A program made the position numbers and the translations under genes. A stretch of DNA of 50,232 nucleotides from the NCBI GenBank assembly GCA_964559165.1, contig CAZLGY010000002.1:1-50232 (forward strand), read 5' to 3'. The notes below the pieces were generated by a model. The model saw only the letters and a list, made by a program, of their open reading frames with translations, had not been told where the DNA came from and did not search any database. Shown here piece by piece: positions 35,094 through 44,228 of the stretch (the stretch's first letter is position 1; every line of letters begins with the position of its first letter). The DNA comes from an uncultured Chryseobacterium sp. (GTDB taxonomy: Bacteria; Bacteroidota; Bacteroidia; Flavobacteriales_F; PHOS-HE28).

Positions 35094-36149
35094 ATGGAAC
35101 GGGAGGAGGAACAGGAGCTGTTCGAGCACCACCGCATCACTTGCGATCCGGGACAGTCGTTGATCCGATTGGACAAGTTCCTGTTCGATCGCCTGCCCAA
35201 TACCTCCCGCACACGCATACAGGCGGCTGCCAAGGCGGGTAACGTGCTGGTGAACGGGCGCCCTGCAAAGCCCAGCCAGAAAGTGAAGCCACTGGATGCG
35301 ATCAGCATCGTGTTGCCTTATCCCCAGCGGGAGGTGGAGCTGCTGCCCGAGGACATTCCCCTCAGCGTGCTTTACGAGGACGAACACCTTCTGGTCATCG
35401 ACAAGCCCGCTGGCCTTGTGGTGCATCCCGGGCACGGCAACTGGTCGGGCACACTCGTGAATGCACTATTGCACCACTTTGGCAGCCTGCCCGCAGTGCC
35501 CGGTGCGGAGATACCCAGGCCCGGACTGGTGCACCGCCTTGACAAGGATACGAGCGGTGTGATGGTGGTGGGCAAGACCGAGGAGGTACTTGCCCACCTG
35601 GCGCGGCAGTTCTTCGACCGGACCATCGACAGGCGCTACAACGCACTGGTATGGGGCGATCTGCCCGATGAGGCAGGGACGGTGGAAGGCCACATCGGGA
35701 GGAGCCCCAAGGACAGAACGGTGCAGTGGGTCTTTCCCGAAGGGGAACAGGGCAAGCCGGCCGTTACGCATTGGCGCGTGCTGGAGCGGTTCCGGTATGT
35801 GACACTGGTGGAGTGCAAACTGGAAACAGGTCGCACCCACCAGATCCGCGTCCACATGCAGCACATCGGCCATCCACTGTTCAATGATGCCACGTATGGT
35901 GGTGACCGCGTGCTGAAGGGAACCACGTTCAGCAAGTACAAGCAGTTCGTGGAGAATTGCTTTACGCAACTGCCCCGACAGGCCCTGCATGCACGCACGC
36001 TCAGTTTCGATCACCCGGCCACCGGTCGGCGGATGGACTTCCATAGTGCACTTCCAGCTGACATGACCACCGTCCTGGAGCGCTGGCGGGTGTATGTGCA
36101 GGCACGGCCGATGGACGAGGCTGGCAGTGAGTTGCCGGAAGGTCAGTAG
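35094..36149 (+). CDS. rluD: RluA-family 23S rRNA pseudouridine synthase (RluD-like) with N-terminal S4 domain
   Basis: The S4-like RLDKFLFDRLPNTSRTRIQAAAKAGNVLVNG, the catalytic HRLDKDTSGVMVV, and TGRTHQIRVHM fit the family. Confidence 0.9.
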   Translation: MEREEEQELFEHHRITCDPGQSLIRLDKFLFDRLPNTSRTRIQAAAKAGNVLVNGRPAKPSQKVKPLDAISIVLPYPQREVELLPEDIPLSVLYEDEHLLVIDKPAGLVVHPGHGNWSGTLVNALLHHFGSLPAVPGAEIPRPGLVHRLDKDTSGVMVVGKTEEVLAHLARQFFDRTIDRRYNALVWGDLPDEAGTVEGHIGRSPKDRTVQWVFPEGEQGKPAVTHWRVLERFRYVTLVECKLETGRTHQIRVHMQHIGHPLFNDATYGGDRVLKGTTFSKYKQFVENCFTQLPRQALHARTLSFDHPATGRRMDFHSALPADMTTVLERWRVYVQARPMDEAGSELPEGQ

Positions 36150-36161
36150 GTTCACATCGCC

Positions 36162-37070
36162 ATGAACAGGAACGCATCGGACAACGTGGAGCGCCTTCAA
36201 CTGATGGTCATCGGTGTCCAGAAGGGGGGCACCACATCGCTCTCCAACTACCTGGCCGAACATCCCGTTATCCGCAGCCCGCTTTGCGTGGAGTTCACCT
36301 TCTTCACCGATGAGGCCGAGTATGCCAATGGTGCGGGCGCGTTTTGGAGCCGCTTCTTTCCTGCGGATGAGCGCACCGGACGCAAGGCCATCGCCAAGAT
36401 GTCGACCCTGTACCACTCGCTGGAGGGCCTCTCCCGGTTGCGAGAGCATGCGCCGGATTGCCAGCTGGCCCTGGTGCTCCGCGATCCCGTCTCACGGTGC
36501 TATTCAGCCTATCGCATGGCCTGTTTCGATGGCTGGCTGTCCTTCGATCCCGGATGGCTGAAAAGGCTGCTGGAAGAGGCGTCCCCCGGCGATGAGCTCC
36601 ATGACCTGTTCATCGGGTATGGACACTATGCCAGCTACATCGAACGCATCTGGGAGCTGTTCCCCAGGGAGCAGGTGCACATCTTCCGTTTCGAGGACCT
36701 GCAGCGCGACCCCCAGCAGGTGTGTGACGTGCTTTTCACGGCCATGGGCATCGGACCATGGACCCTGCAGGGGAAGGACAAGGTCCATAACGAAACGGTG
36801 ATGGCGCGTTCGGACAAAGCGGCCCGGTTCATTCATTGGCTGCGGGAGGAACGCAATCCCATCAAGCGCGCGATCCGCCGGTTGATGCCATACGATGCAT
36901 ACCTCCGCATCGCTGACAAGTTCATCGGGATGAACCGTTCGGACAGGCAGTTCCCGCCCATGGATCCCGATGTGCGGGCCGCATTGGCCGACCATTTCAG
37001 GCCGCATGATGAGCGGCTCGCGCGTTTGCTGGGCTGGGACCTTTCCCGGTGGACGAGCCAGCGTTCCTGA
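36162..37070 (+). CDS. PAPS-dependent sulfotransferase family protein
   Basis: A 5-prime-PSB-like loop IGVQKGGTTSL and a 3-prime-PB-like LVLRDPVSRCYSAY are present. 302 aa, cytoplasmic. Confidence 0.8.
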   Translation: MNRNASDNVERLQLMVIGVQKGGTTSLSNYLAEHPVIRSPLCVEFTFFTDEAEYANGAGAFWSRFFPADERTGRKAIAKMSTLYHSLEGLSRLREHAPDCQLALVLRDPVSRCYSAYRMACFDGWLSFDPGWLKRLLEEASPGDELHDLFIGYGHYASYIERIWELFPREQVHIFRFEDLQRDPQQVCDVLFTAMGIGPWTLQGKDKVHNETVMARSDKAARFIHWLREERNPIKRAIRRLMPYDAYLRIADKFIGMNRSDRQFPPMDPDVRAALADHFRPHDERLARLLGWDLSRWTSQRS

Positions 37071-37079
37071 AGGCCGTGT

Positions 37080-38174
37080 TCAGCGCCTGATCATTTTTCC
37101 TCCGCTGGTGCGCTGGATGCGACGGAGCGCCTGCACCCGGCGTGGCAGTTCGTGCCGGTCGAGCGTGGTCATAAGGAGGTCCAATACTTCGGGCACCACC
37201 TCCTGCTGCGGCCGCTCGGTCTCCAGCACCAGCATGACGGCCTGGCCGAGGACGGCATCCGGCACGGCGGTGAAATAGTGGGGGTACGGCAGGATACCGG
37301 CAGTGCGGGCCTCCAATTGCTCCGGGAAGATCTTCCTGCCACCACTGAGGATCACATTGTCGTGACGCCCCAGCCAGGTGAATTGGTTGTCGCCGGTAAG
37401 CTGTACAAGGTCGTTGGTAAGGTGCTGTTCCACGCTCAGGTGGGGCGTGTGCACCACGAGGCAGCCACGCGGATCCCGCGCGAAGTGGACATCGCCGAGG
37501 GCATGGAAACGTTCGCTGCGCGCCGGGCCGTTCAACGCGCGCAGTGCGATGTGTGATACCATCTCGGTGCTTCCATAGCTCTGGAACACGCGCACGTCCA
37601 GCTCCTGGAGGTCCTCCACCAGTGCATCGCTTACGGGGCCGCCGCCGAGCAGGATGGTCTCGAACTGGCGCTCCACGCGGGCACGGTCCTCCTGCAGGCA
37701 TCGGTGCAGCTGGAGCGGTACCATGGCCGTGAACCGGAACCGTTCTTCCGGGGCGAGTTTCTCCAGCACGCTGCCGCGTGGGTCGATCACATGCAGGTCA
37801 AGGCCAAGGACAAAGGCGCGCACGAGCATCATCTTTCCCGCCACGAAGTCACAGGGGAGGCACAGCAATACCCTGTCCTGCGGCTTCAGCCCGAACGTTG
37901 CCGCCGTCAGCTCAGCGCTTTTCACGAGGTCGCGTCGGGGGATGCTGAAGCGCTTCGGTGGACCGGTCGTACCGCTCGTCCATGCGCTCATCCCGCCGCG
38001 GCCGTGCACCAGTTCCTGCACCGTCCGTTCCAGCGGCTCGCGCCAATGCGTTCCGTCGATGGTATCGGTGTGCCGCCAGGCGCTGAAATGATCCGCCGCA
38101 TCTGCGGCATCAAGGGTGCGCCCATCGACCGTGATCGATCGGAAGCGCGACGAGATCGGAACCCGGGCGGCCAT
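37080..38174 (-). CDS. menE: O-succinylbenzoate--CoA ligase (short AMP-binding enzyme)
   Basis: 364 aa from ATG 38174. AMP-binding motif WTSGTTGPPKR, with YGSTE, and the C-terminus RTSGGKMIRR. It is the last gene of the men string. Confidence 0.8.
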   Translation of the reverse strand: MAARVPISSRFRSITVDGRTLDAADAADHFSAWRHTDTIDGTHWREPLERTVQELVHGRGGMSAWTSGTTGPPKRFSIPRRDLVKSAELTAATFGLKPQDRVLLCLPCDFVAGKMMLVRAFVLGLDLHVIDPRGSVLEKLAPEERFRFTAMVPLQLHRCLQEDRARVERQFETILLGGGPVSDALVEDLQELDVRVFQSYGSTEMVSHIALRALNGPARSERFHALGDVHFARDPRGCLVVHTPHLSVEQHLTNDLVQLTGDNQFTWLGRHDNVILSGGRKIFPEQLEARTAGILPYPHYFTAVPDAVLGQAVMLVLETERPQQEVVPEVLDLLMTTLDRHELPRRVQALRRIQRTSGGKMIRR

Positions 38175-38200
38175 GGCCAACGAAGTTCGCAATTGCCCGT

Positions 38201-39271
38201 TTAAGGGTGCGGGTGCTGACGTTCGAACAGGCCCAGGTCCCAACCCCGCTCCGGACGGTGGAACAGTTGCCCGCGATGGACTTCGAGGGGGGAGGGGATG
38301 TTGTTCACGAACACACCGCCCGTTCCAAGTCCCTGTGCGCGGTCGATCGGCAGGGTGGCGGTGAACTGTGCGATCGCATTGAGCCCGATACTGCTCTCCA
38401 GGGCCGAGGTGATCCACCAACCCATGCCGCGCTCCGTGGCCAGTGCGATCCACTCACTCGCGGCCTGCCACCCACCCACCAGGCTTGGTTTGATGACGAT
38501 ATGCCGGGGGGCCACCGCATCGAGCAGTGCCACACGTGCATCATGGTGGTGCAGCCCGATGAGGTCCTCGTCCAATGCGATCGGGACCGGTGATGTGCTG
38601 CATAGCTCGGCCATCAGTTCGTAGCGGCCTGGGGCAATGGGTTGTTCGATGCTGTGGACTCCGAGCGCCGCCAGTTGGTGCAGGATGGGCATGACCTCCG
38701 CCGCATCGAAGGCCCCGTTCGCGTCCACCCGCAATTCCACATCGTCTGCACTGAACTCCCTGCGCACGTGCTCCAGCAGGGCCCGCTCCTCGGCCCATTC
38801 CAGCGCTCCGACCTTCAATTTCACAACCCGGTAGCCATCGGAGATGATGGATCGGATACGATCGCGCATCGTGGCCTTGTCCCCCATCCATACCAGCCCG
38901 TTGATGGGGATGCCGCGTCTTCCTAACGTGAATTCCGTAGGCATCAACTCCTTCGTTCCTCCGGCCTCCAGGTCGCACAGGCACTGTTCCACAGCAGCGC
39001 GGACACTCGGCACCGGTACCAGGTCGGCGTGCAACCGCTGCTTCCAGTCTCCGGTGTATTGGCATAGCTCCAGCAGCTTGGTCCTTACATCGGCCGGGAA
39101 TTCCCGACTGTGCCCTGGGAAGGGCGCCGCTTCGCCGATGCCGATGCGCTCCGGGCGTTCGCTGTCCCAGGCCACGAGGTACCACACGGTGCGTTGGTCA
39201 AGGGTGCCTTTGCTGGTGCCCAGGGGGAACCGCGACCGCAATACATGTTCAAACCAGCGTGCGCGCAGCAT
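38201..39271 (-). CDS. menC: O-succinylbenzoate synthase (enolase superfamily)
   Basis: 356 aa. The KLKVG, VDANGAF and IEQP...LDE metal-ligand pattern of MR/MLE-type enzymes is present. It sits between menA and menE. Confidence 0.8.
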   Translation of the reverse strand: MLRARWFEHVLRSRFPLGTSKGTLDQRTVWYLVAWDSERPERIGIGEAAPFPGHSREFPADVRTKLLELCQYTGDWKQRLHADLVPVPSVRAAVEQCLCDLEAGGTKELMPTEFTLGRRGIPINGLVWMGDKATMRDRIRSIISDGYRVVKLKVGALEWAEERALLEHVRREFSADDVELRVDANGAFDAAEVMPILHQLAALGVHSIEQPIAPGRYELMAELCSTSPVPIALDEDLIGLHHHDARVALLDAVAPRHIVIKPSLVGGWQAASEWIALATERGMGWWITSALESSIGLNAIAQFTATLPIDRAQGLGTGGVFVNNIPSPLEVHRGQLFHRPERGWDLGLFERQHPHP

Positions 39272-39280
39272 CGTGTGTGA

Positions 39281-40183
39281 TCATGACACCAGCCAGAGGC
39301 CGGCGGAAAAGGCAATGGCGGTGGCAAAGGTGCCCAGCGCGAGCCGTTTGAGCTCGGGGTCGAGGCGCTGGGGGTCGGAAGTGCGAAGCACGGCACGCAG
39401 GTGTGTCGCGAGCACGGAGGTGGTTACGAGGAAGCCCCATTGGGGCATGCCCCGGAAGTGCATCCACGTGAACGCCACCAACCCCAACAGGCCTCCGATG
39501 ATCAGCATGCTATGGTATGACCGGGCCCGCTCCGGTCCAAGGCGGACCGCGAGGGTGATCTTGCCGCTGGCCTTGTCGTTGCGGATGTCACGCATGTTGT
39601 TCACGTTCAACACGCCGGCGCTCAGCAAGCCGAACGCCATGGCGGGAAGCAGGGTGAGCGTGTCGGGTCGTCCGATGTGCAGGAAATGCGAGCCCGCCAC
39701 ACCCAGCAGGCCAAAGAAGAGGAACACGCTGAGGTCGCCCAATCCTGCATATCCGTATGGCTTGTTGCCGTAGGTGTAACGCACCGCCGCAGCGATGGCG
39801 AGCAGCCCCAGCAGCAGGAAGAGCAGGGTGGACAGGGTATAGCCGAGCGCCACAACGATCAAGGTACAGCCAGTGACCAGCGCCAACCCCGCGCAGACGA
39901 TCACCGCGCGCTTCATGCTGGCAGCACCGATCGCACCGCTTTGTACAGCCCGCGCAGGCCCTACACGATCCTCGTTGTCGGTTCCATGCTCATGGTCGCC
40001 CAGGTCGTTGGCCAGGTTGCTCAGCACCTGGAGCAGGACCGCGGTGAGCAGCGCCAATCCTGTGACCTCCGGTCGGTGCACGCCCTGGAAGGCCGCAAGT
40101 GAAGCACCCACGAGGATGCTGCTCATGGCCAGCGGCAGCGTGCGCAGGCGGAAGGCTCCTATCCAGGCGGAGAATGCGGCCAT
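39281..40183 (-). CDS. menA: 1,4-dihydroxy-2-naphthoate polyprenyltransferase (UbiA family)
   Basis: The Asp-rich motif NDLGDHEHGTDN is present and the protein has about 8-9 TM segments. ATG 40183 is used; the track start 40189 is TTG. Confidence 0.9.
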   Translation of the reverse strand: MAAFSAWIGAFRLRTLPLAMSSILVGASLAAFQGVHRPEVTGLALLTAVLLQVLSNLANDLGDHEHGTDNEDRVGPARAVQSGAIGAASMKRAVIVCAGLALVTGCTLIVVALGYTLSTLLFLLLGLLAIAAAVRYTYGNKPYGYAGLGDLSVFLFFGLLGVAGSHFLHIGRPDTLTLLPAMAFGLLSAGVLNVNNMRDIRNDKASGKITLAVRLGPERARSYHSMLIIGGLLGLVAFTWMHFRGMPQWGFLVTTSVLATHLRAVLRTSDPQRLDPELKRLALGTFATAIAFSAGLWLVS

Positions 40184-40185
40184 GG

Positions 40186-41895
40186 TCAACCTGCGAGGCT
40201 CGTGAAGTAGTCGCGAAGCACACGGGCGCTCACTTCGGCCGGGGTGCGTACCACCAGCACGGCCGGGCCTTCGGTACCATCATAGAGCTCGTCGAGCGCA
40301 ACCACAAGGCCCGGCATGTCCGATGCCTCCAGGGTCCGTAGTCCGAAGCTCTTGGCGAGCAACAGCGGATCACGCCCATGGGGGGCCTCGAACCACGGAA
40401 GCAGTCCGGCATCCGTATCGGGTCCCGGGATGTAGCGGAAGATGTTGCCTCCGCCGTTATCCATTACGATCACGCGGAGGTTCGCGGGCCGCAGGTCGTT
40501 CCAGAACGCATTGCTGTCGTACAGGAATGCGATATCGCCGGTGATGAGGGTGTTGGGTCGTTGGCTGACGGATGCCGCTCCAACGGCGCTGCTTGTACAG
40601 CCGTCGATGCCGCTCGTACCCCGGTTGCTGAAGTGGTGCAGCCCCTCGCCGCGTTCGAAGAGCTGGGCATAGCGCGCGGGTGTGCTGTTCGCAAGGTGTA
40701 CCACACTGCCCGGGGGTATCCGCTCCATCACACGGGCGAGCGCCGTGAGGTCGCTCCATGGCGCATCGGCCACATACTGGTGGTGCAGCATGGTCGTGTG
40801 CCGGTCGATATGCTCCCATGCAGCGCCATAGACGCTCTCGTTGGGCTTCACGTGGGCGGCCAGTTGTGCAAAGAACACCTCGGGATCCACGGCGATGTCG
40901 TGGCTCAGCGCCTGGTAGGTGTCGTGGTGTCGCTGTCCGCCGTCCACGTGCCAATGCTGTGCGGGACGCCACTGCCGGAGCAGTCCCTTGATGCGTTTGC
41001 TGACAACAGCACCCCCAAAGGTGATGAGCAGGTCCGGTGCGAACGTGTCGGCGCCGGCCTTGCCATCGCCAGTGTGGCCAGATATTGGAATGGCGGGCAA
41101 CACCCGGTCGATGTGTGCGATGAAGGACGGATGGTGCAGGTTTGACGTGCTTTCGGTGAGCACCACGCACTGCGGCAGCTGCGCGAGGTCCGCGAGCTGT
41201 TGGTTCATTCCCGGGCTCCATACACCCTGTCCGGCAAGGATCATGACGCGCCGCGCCATGGACAACTGGTGGATGAGCCAACGGGCCTGTTCCGGCAGGA
41301 TGAAGGACTCGGTGAGGACCTGGTTGATGGTTCGTGTCGGCTGGTCCTGAGCGGCGGCCCGGCCATACAAGGGTTCGTCGAACGGTACATTGAGGTGCAC
41401 CGGTCCTGGCACCGGTACCAGGGTTGAATTGATGGCCTCGTTGATGAGCCTGCCAGCATGCCACCTGCCGAGGTCGTCGTCGCAGCGGCGTGGCAGGTGC
41501 AACGAGTTGCGCATGTGCAGGGCCAGGACATTGCGTTGACGGATCGCCTGCCCTTCACCCTGGTCCACCCACTCCTCCGGCCTGTCCGCCGTCACCACCA
41601 GCAGCGGGATCCGCTGGTAATAGGCCTCCGCAATGGCCGGGCCATAGTTGAGTACGGCGCTGCCGCTGGTGCAGATGAGCACCACCGGTGCCTGCAGTTG
41701 CTGGGCCATGCCCAAGGCGACGAACCCTGCGCTGCGTTCATCGATCACCTGAACGCAAGCGATGTCGGTCTGTGCCCGGAACGCGATCACGAGCGGAGCG
41801 CTGCGGGAGCCAGGGCTGATCACCGCATGCCGGATCCCCTTCGCTGCGCATAGTCTTGCCAGTTCTGCCGCCGTGAAGTGATCGCTGGTGTTCAT
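40186..41895 (-). CDS. menD: 2-succinyl-5-enolpyruvyl-6-hydroxy-3-cyclohexene-1-carboxylate (SEPHCHC) synthase
   Basis: 569 aa ThDP enzyme. ISPGSRSAPL, IDERSAGFVALGMAQ and the ThDP motif GDIAFLYDSNAF...VIVMDNGGGNIF are present. ATG 41895 is used; the track start 41898 is TTG. Confidence 0.9.
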   Translation of the reverse strand: MNTSDHFTAAELARLCAAKGIRHAVISPGSRSAPLVIAFRAQTDIACVQVIDERSAGFVALGMAQQLQAPVVLICTSGSAVLNYGPAIAEAYYQRIPLLVVTADRPEEWVDQGEGQAIRQRNVLALHMRNSLHLPRRCDDDLGRWHAGRLINEAINSTLVPVPGPVHLNVPFDEPLYGRAAAQDQPTRTINQVLTESFILPEQARWLIHQLSMARRVMILAGQGVWSPGMNQQLADLAQLPQCVVLTESTSNLHHPSFIAHIDRVLPAIPISGHTGDGKAGADTFAPDLLITFGGAVVSKRIKGLLRQWRPAQHWHVDGGQRHHDTYQALSHDIAVDPEVFFAQLAAHVKPNESVYGAAWEHIDRHTTMLHHQYVADAPWSDLTALARVMERIPPGSVVHLANSTPARYAQLFERGEGLHHFSNRGTSGIDGCTSSAVGAASVSQRPNTLITGDIAFLYDSNAFWNDLRPANLRVIVMDNGGGNIFRYIPGPDTDAGLLPWFEAPHGRDPLLLAKSFGLRTLEASDMPGLVVALDELYDGTEGPAVLVVRTPAEVSARVLRDYFTSLAG

Positions 41896-41908
41896 CAAGG
41901 GGGCGAAG

Positions 41909-42970
41909 TTACCCTGCGCTGCCGACCGCGTCGATCAGGGTGGTCCATGTGGAGGCCTTCCGCTCCACCTCCACACACTCCCGTTCCGGCACGGACCCCG
42001 CAGTGATGCCCGCACCCACATGCAGCAGGGCTTGTTGCTGGAACAGCTCCATGCTCCGGATGTTCACGAACAGCTCCGTGCGATCGGGTCCGTGCAGGCC
42101 CCAGAATCCAGCGTACGGACCGCGCGGACGGGGTTCGCTGGCCGCGATGGCAGCAAGTGCCTGTGCCCGTGGTGTGCCACCCACCGCCGGCGTGGGATGC
42201 AGGGCCAGTGCCAGCGATCGGACATCCGATGCGGCCACGGATCCGCTGACCACGCTATGCAGGTGTGCCACGGGGCCTGCGTATCGGACCGTGGGCCCCT
42301 GCACGCGAACATCCTGCACACCTGCGGACCGCAAGGTTCCCTCCACCATCCGTGTGACCCACCGCTGCTCCGCGATCTCCTTGGCACCCCAGTTCACCGC
42401 CTCTGGTGCAGCTTCCGCAGGCATTGTGCCGGCCAGTGCATCCACCTCCACGCGGTGGTCCCGAAGGCTCAGCAACCGCTCGGGCGAGGCACCCAGCCAG
42501 GTTCCGTACGCGTGCGTTCGGACCAGGGCTACGCAGGCGTTCGGCAGCCGTTCGGTGGCCAGGGCGAAGAGATCTCCCCATTGGCGCTGATGCAAGGCGT
42601 GCTGCATGGTACGGGCAAGCACCACCTTTTCCAGTGTCCCGCTCCGGATCAGCGCAACCGCTTGTTCCACCGCCCTTGCGTAGCCGGCACGATCAAGTCC
42701 GGGCCCGCCGTTGGTGGGGGGGAGCGGTCGCCCGGGCGGAAGGGGTGGCAACTCCGCGTCGAGCATGACATCAAGGTCGGGAACGATGGCCCGCAATGCA
42801 TCCGGACCGGCCTCGAAGGGAGCCATCCACCATGCACGTCGGTGGTGGTGCGGTTGATGCAGGGACACCCCGTCCTGGATGAACGCACGTGGTCGTTCGC
42901 CGGGCAGCCGGAAGGCTGCGAACACAAGGTTGCCCGCCACGAGTGAGTTGATGCGTTCAGCGAGGCTCAC
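41909..42970 (-). CDS. menF: Isochorismate synthase
   Basis: A chorismate-binding C-terminal core is present (LHPTPAVGGTPR, RGPYAGFWG, NIRSMEL, GAGITAGSVPEREC). GTG 42970 gives a 4-nt GTGA overlap with the thioesterase stop. The track start 43003 is TTG and is the alternative. Confidence 0.8.
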   Translation of the reverse strand: MSLAERINSLVAGNLVFAAFRLPGERPRAFIQDGVSLHQPHHHRRAWWMAPFEAGPDALRAIVPDLDVMLDAELPPLPPGRPLPPTNGGPGLDRAGYARAVEQAVALIRSGTLEKVVLARTMQHALHQRQWGDLFALATERLPNACVALVRTHAYGTWLGASPERLLSLRDHRVEVDALAGTMPAEAAPEAVNWGAKEIAEQRWVTRMVEGTLRSAGVQDVRVQGPTVRYAGPVAHLHSVVSGSVAASDVRSLALALHPTPAVGGTPRAQALAAIAASEPRPRGPYAGFWGLHGPDRTELFVNIRSMELFQQQALLHVGAGITAGSVPERECVEVERKASTWTTLIDAVGSAG

Positions 42971-43386
42971 CGCCGCTCGATCACCAGGTTGGTCAGCCGG
43001 CAAACAGCCACTGCACGTTGCTCCTCGTCGTAAACGCGGATGTCCCAGACATGCGTGCTCCGCCCGTGGTGCACCAATTCGCCCACCGCGGTGACGGACC
43101 CTTCACGCACGCCACGAAGGTGGTTGGCGCTCACTTCGATACCGACCACCGCTTGGCTGGATACATCAATGAGCAGGGCGGAGGCCATGCTGCCAAGGGA
43201 TTCCGCCAGCGCCGCAGTGGCACCTCCATGAAGCAGGCCCATGGGCTGGTGGGTCCGCGCCTCCACCGGCATGGTCGCACAGAACCGACCCTCACCGTCG
43301 ACATGGTAGGTGATGCCCAGGTGCTCCACCAGCGTATTGCGGCGCCATTCATTGGCCTGTACGGCCTGGTCCTGTGTAAAAAGCAT
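42967..43386 (-). CDS. PaaI/YdiI-type hotdog thioesterase, probable 1,4-dihydroxy-2-naphthoyl-CoA hydrolase
   Basis: 139 aa from ATG 43386. HQPMGLLHGGATAALAESLGS and HHGRSTHVWDIRV are PaaI-family blocks. It is the first gene of the men string. The remaining 274 codons of track ORF 42967..44208 are antisense to the response regulator. Confidence 0.8.
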   Translation of the reverse strand: MLFTQDQAVQANEWRRNTLVEHLGITYHVDGEGRFCATMPVEARTHQPMGLLHGGATAALAESLGSMASALLIDVSSQAVVGIEVSANHLRGVREGSVTAVGELVHHGRSTHVWDIRVYDEEQRAVAVCRLTNLVIERR

Positions 43387-43391
43387 TGTGG

Positions 43392-43399
43392 CAAAGGTA
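43392..43399 (-). promoter_or_regulatory. Candidate -7 promoter box TACCTTTG (minus strand), 5 nt upstream of the thioesterase/men operon ATG
   Basis: The plus-strand CAAAGGTA at 43392..43399 is an exact reverse complement of TAnnTTTG. Confidence 0.4.
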
Positions 43400-43406
43400 A
43401 CCTGCC

Positions 43407-43414
43407 CATCTTTG
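43407..43414 (+). promoter_or_regulatory. Near-consensus -7 box CATCTTTG, 5 nt upstream of the response-regulator ATG 43420
   Basis: One mismatch to TAnnTTTG. It lies back-to-back with the minus-strand box within a 33-nt intergenic region. Confidence 0.3.
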
Positions 43415-43419
43415 CGCTC

Positions 43420-44124
43420 ATGGAGCCGATCGATGGTCCCAAGCGCATCCTTCTGGTCGAGGACGAAGAGGCCCTGCGCTCCACGTTGAAGCTGAACCTG
43501 GAGCTGGAGGGGTATGCCGTGACCACGGCGGTCACAGGTCCCGATGCGTTGGACCGGCTGCGGGGTGCGCGCTTCGACCTGGCGGTGATGGATGTGATGC
43601 TGCCCGGATTGGATGGCTATTCCGTGGTGGAGACGGTGCGCCTGGAGGGCAACAGCGTTCCGGTCCTCTTCCTCACGGCAAGGACCGCGCCCATGGACCG
43701 GATCAGGGGCCTGCGTGTGGGGGATGATCACCTGGGCAAGCCGTTCGAACTGGAGGAGCTTCTGCTCCGCATACGCAACCTGCTGGCCCGTTCCTCCCAG
43801 GCGGTGGCCCCGGCGCTCATCACACGGTTCGAGTTCGCCGGGAACACCATCGATTTCCAGGCGTTCAGTGCGCGCACGTGGGAGGGGCATGAGCACGCCT
43901 TGAGCCAGCGCGAGGCCATGCTTCTGCGCCTGTTGGTGGACCGCGCCGGCGAGGTGGTGTCGCGGGAGGAGATCCTGCAGAAGGTCTGGGGCTACAATGT
44001 GTTCCCGACCACCCGCACGGTGGATAATTTCATCGTTTCCTTCCGGAAGTACTTTGAGCGCGACCCCCGGGAACCCGCTCATTTCCGGTCGGTGCGCGGG
44101 GTGGGGTATCGCTTCACCCCCTGA
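43420..44124 (+). CDS. OmpR/PhoB-type two-component response regulator
   Basis: 234 aa. Receiver domain ILLVEDEEAL...DLAVMDVMLPGLDG...LTAR...GDDHLGKPF, with a winged-helix output LSQREAMLLRLL...RTVDNFIVSFRKYFE...FRSVRGVGYRF. No histidine kinase is adjacent. Confidence 0.9.
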   Translation: MEPIDGPKRILLVEDEEALRSTLKLNLELEGYAVTTAVTGPDALDRLRGARFDLAVMDVMLPGLDGYSVVETVRLEGNSVPVLFLTARTAPMDRIRGLRVGDDHLGKPFELEELLLRIRNLLARSSQAVAPALITRFEFAGNTIDFQAFSARTWEGHEHALSQREAMLLRLLVDRAGEVVSREEILQKVWGYNVFPTTRTVDNFIVSFRKYFERDPREPAHFRSVRGVGYRFTP

Positions 44125-44228
44125 ACACCACTTCCTCGAGGCAACCCTTTCCGGCCACCTGCGTCTTCTCATCAGCAAGGCCTTCTTCCGGGTCTTGACT
44201 GGTTCCAAATTCCTTGCAGGTTACCGCG

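Noticed and set aside
37066-37083. 5-bp stem CTGAA...TTCAG spanning both stop codons of the convergent sulfotransferase and menE genes
   Set aside because: The stem is too weak (5 bp, AT-containing) and has no U-tract.
38175-38453. 93-codon extension of menE. Similar extensions occur at 13444..13644 for rlmH, 28729..28923 for rdgB and 18565..18699 for GT2.
   Set aside because: They overlap neighbouring genes or intergenic promoters and have non-protein-like composition. Conserved family N-termini start at the internal ATGs.
43387-44208. 274-codon extension of the thioesterase ORF (track ORF 42967..44208), plus the 5-prime extensions of 43018..44124 and 43997..45118
   Set aside because: The extensions are antisense to, or overlap, the response regulator gene. 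The real genes begin at ATG 43386, 43420 and 44345, where recognisable N-termini or signal peptides begin.
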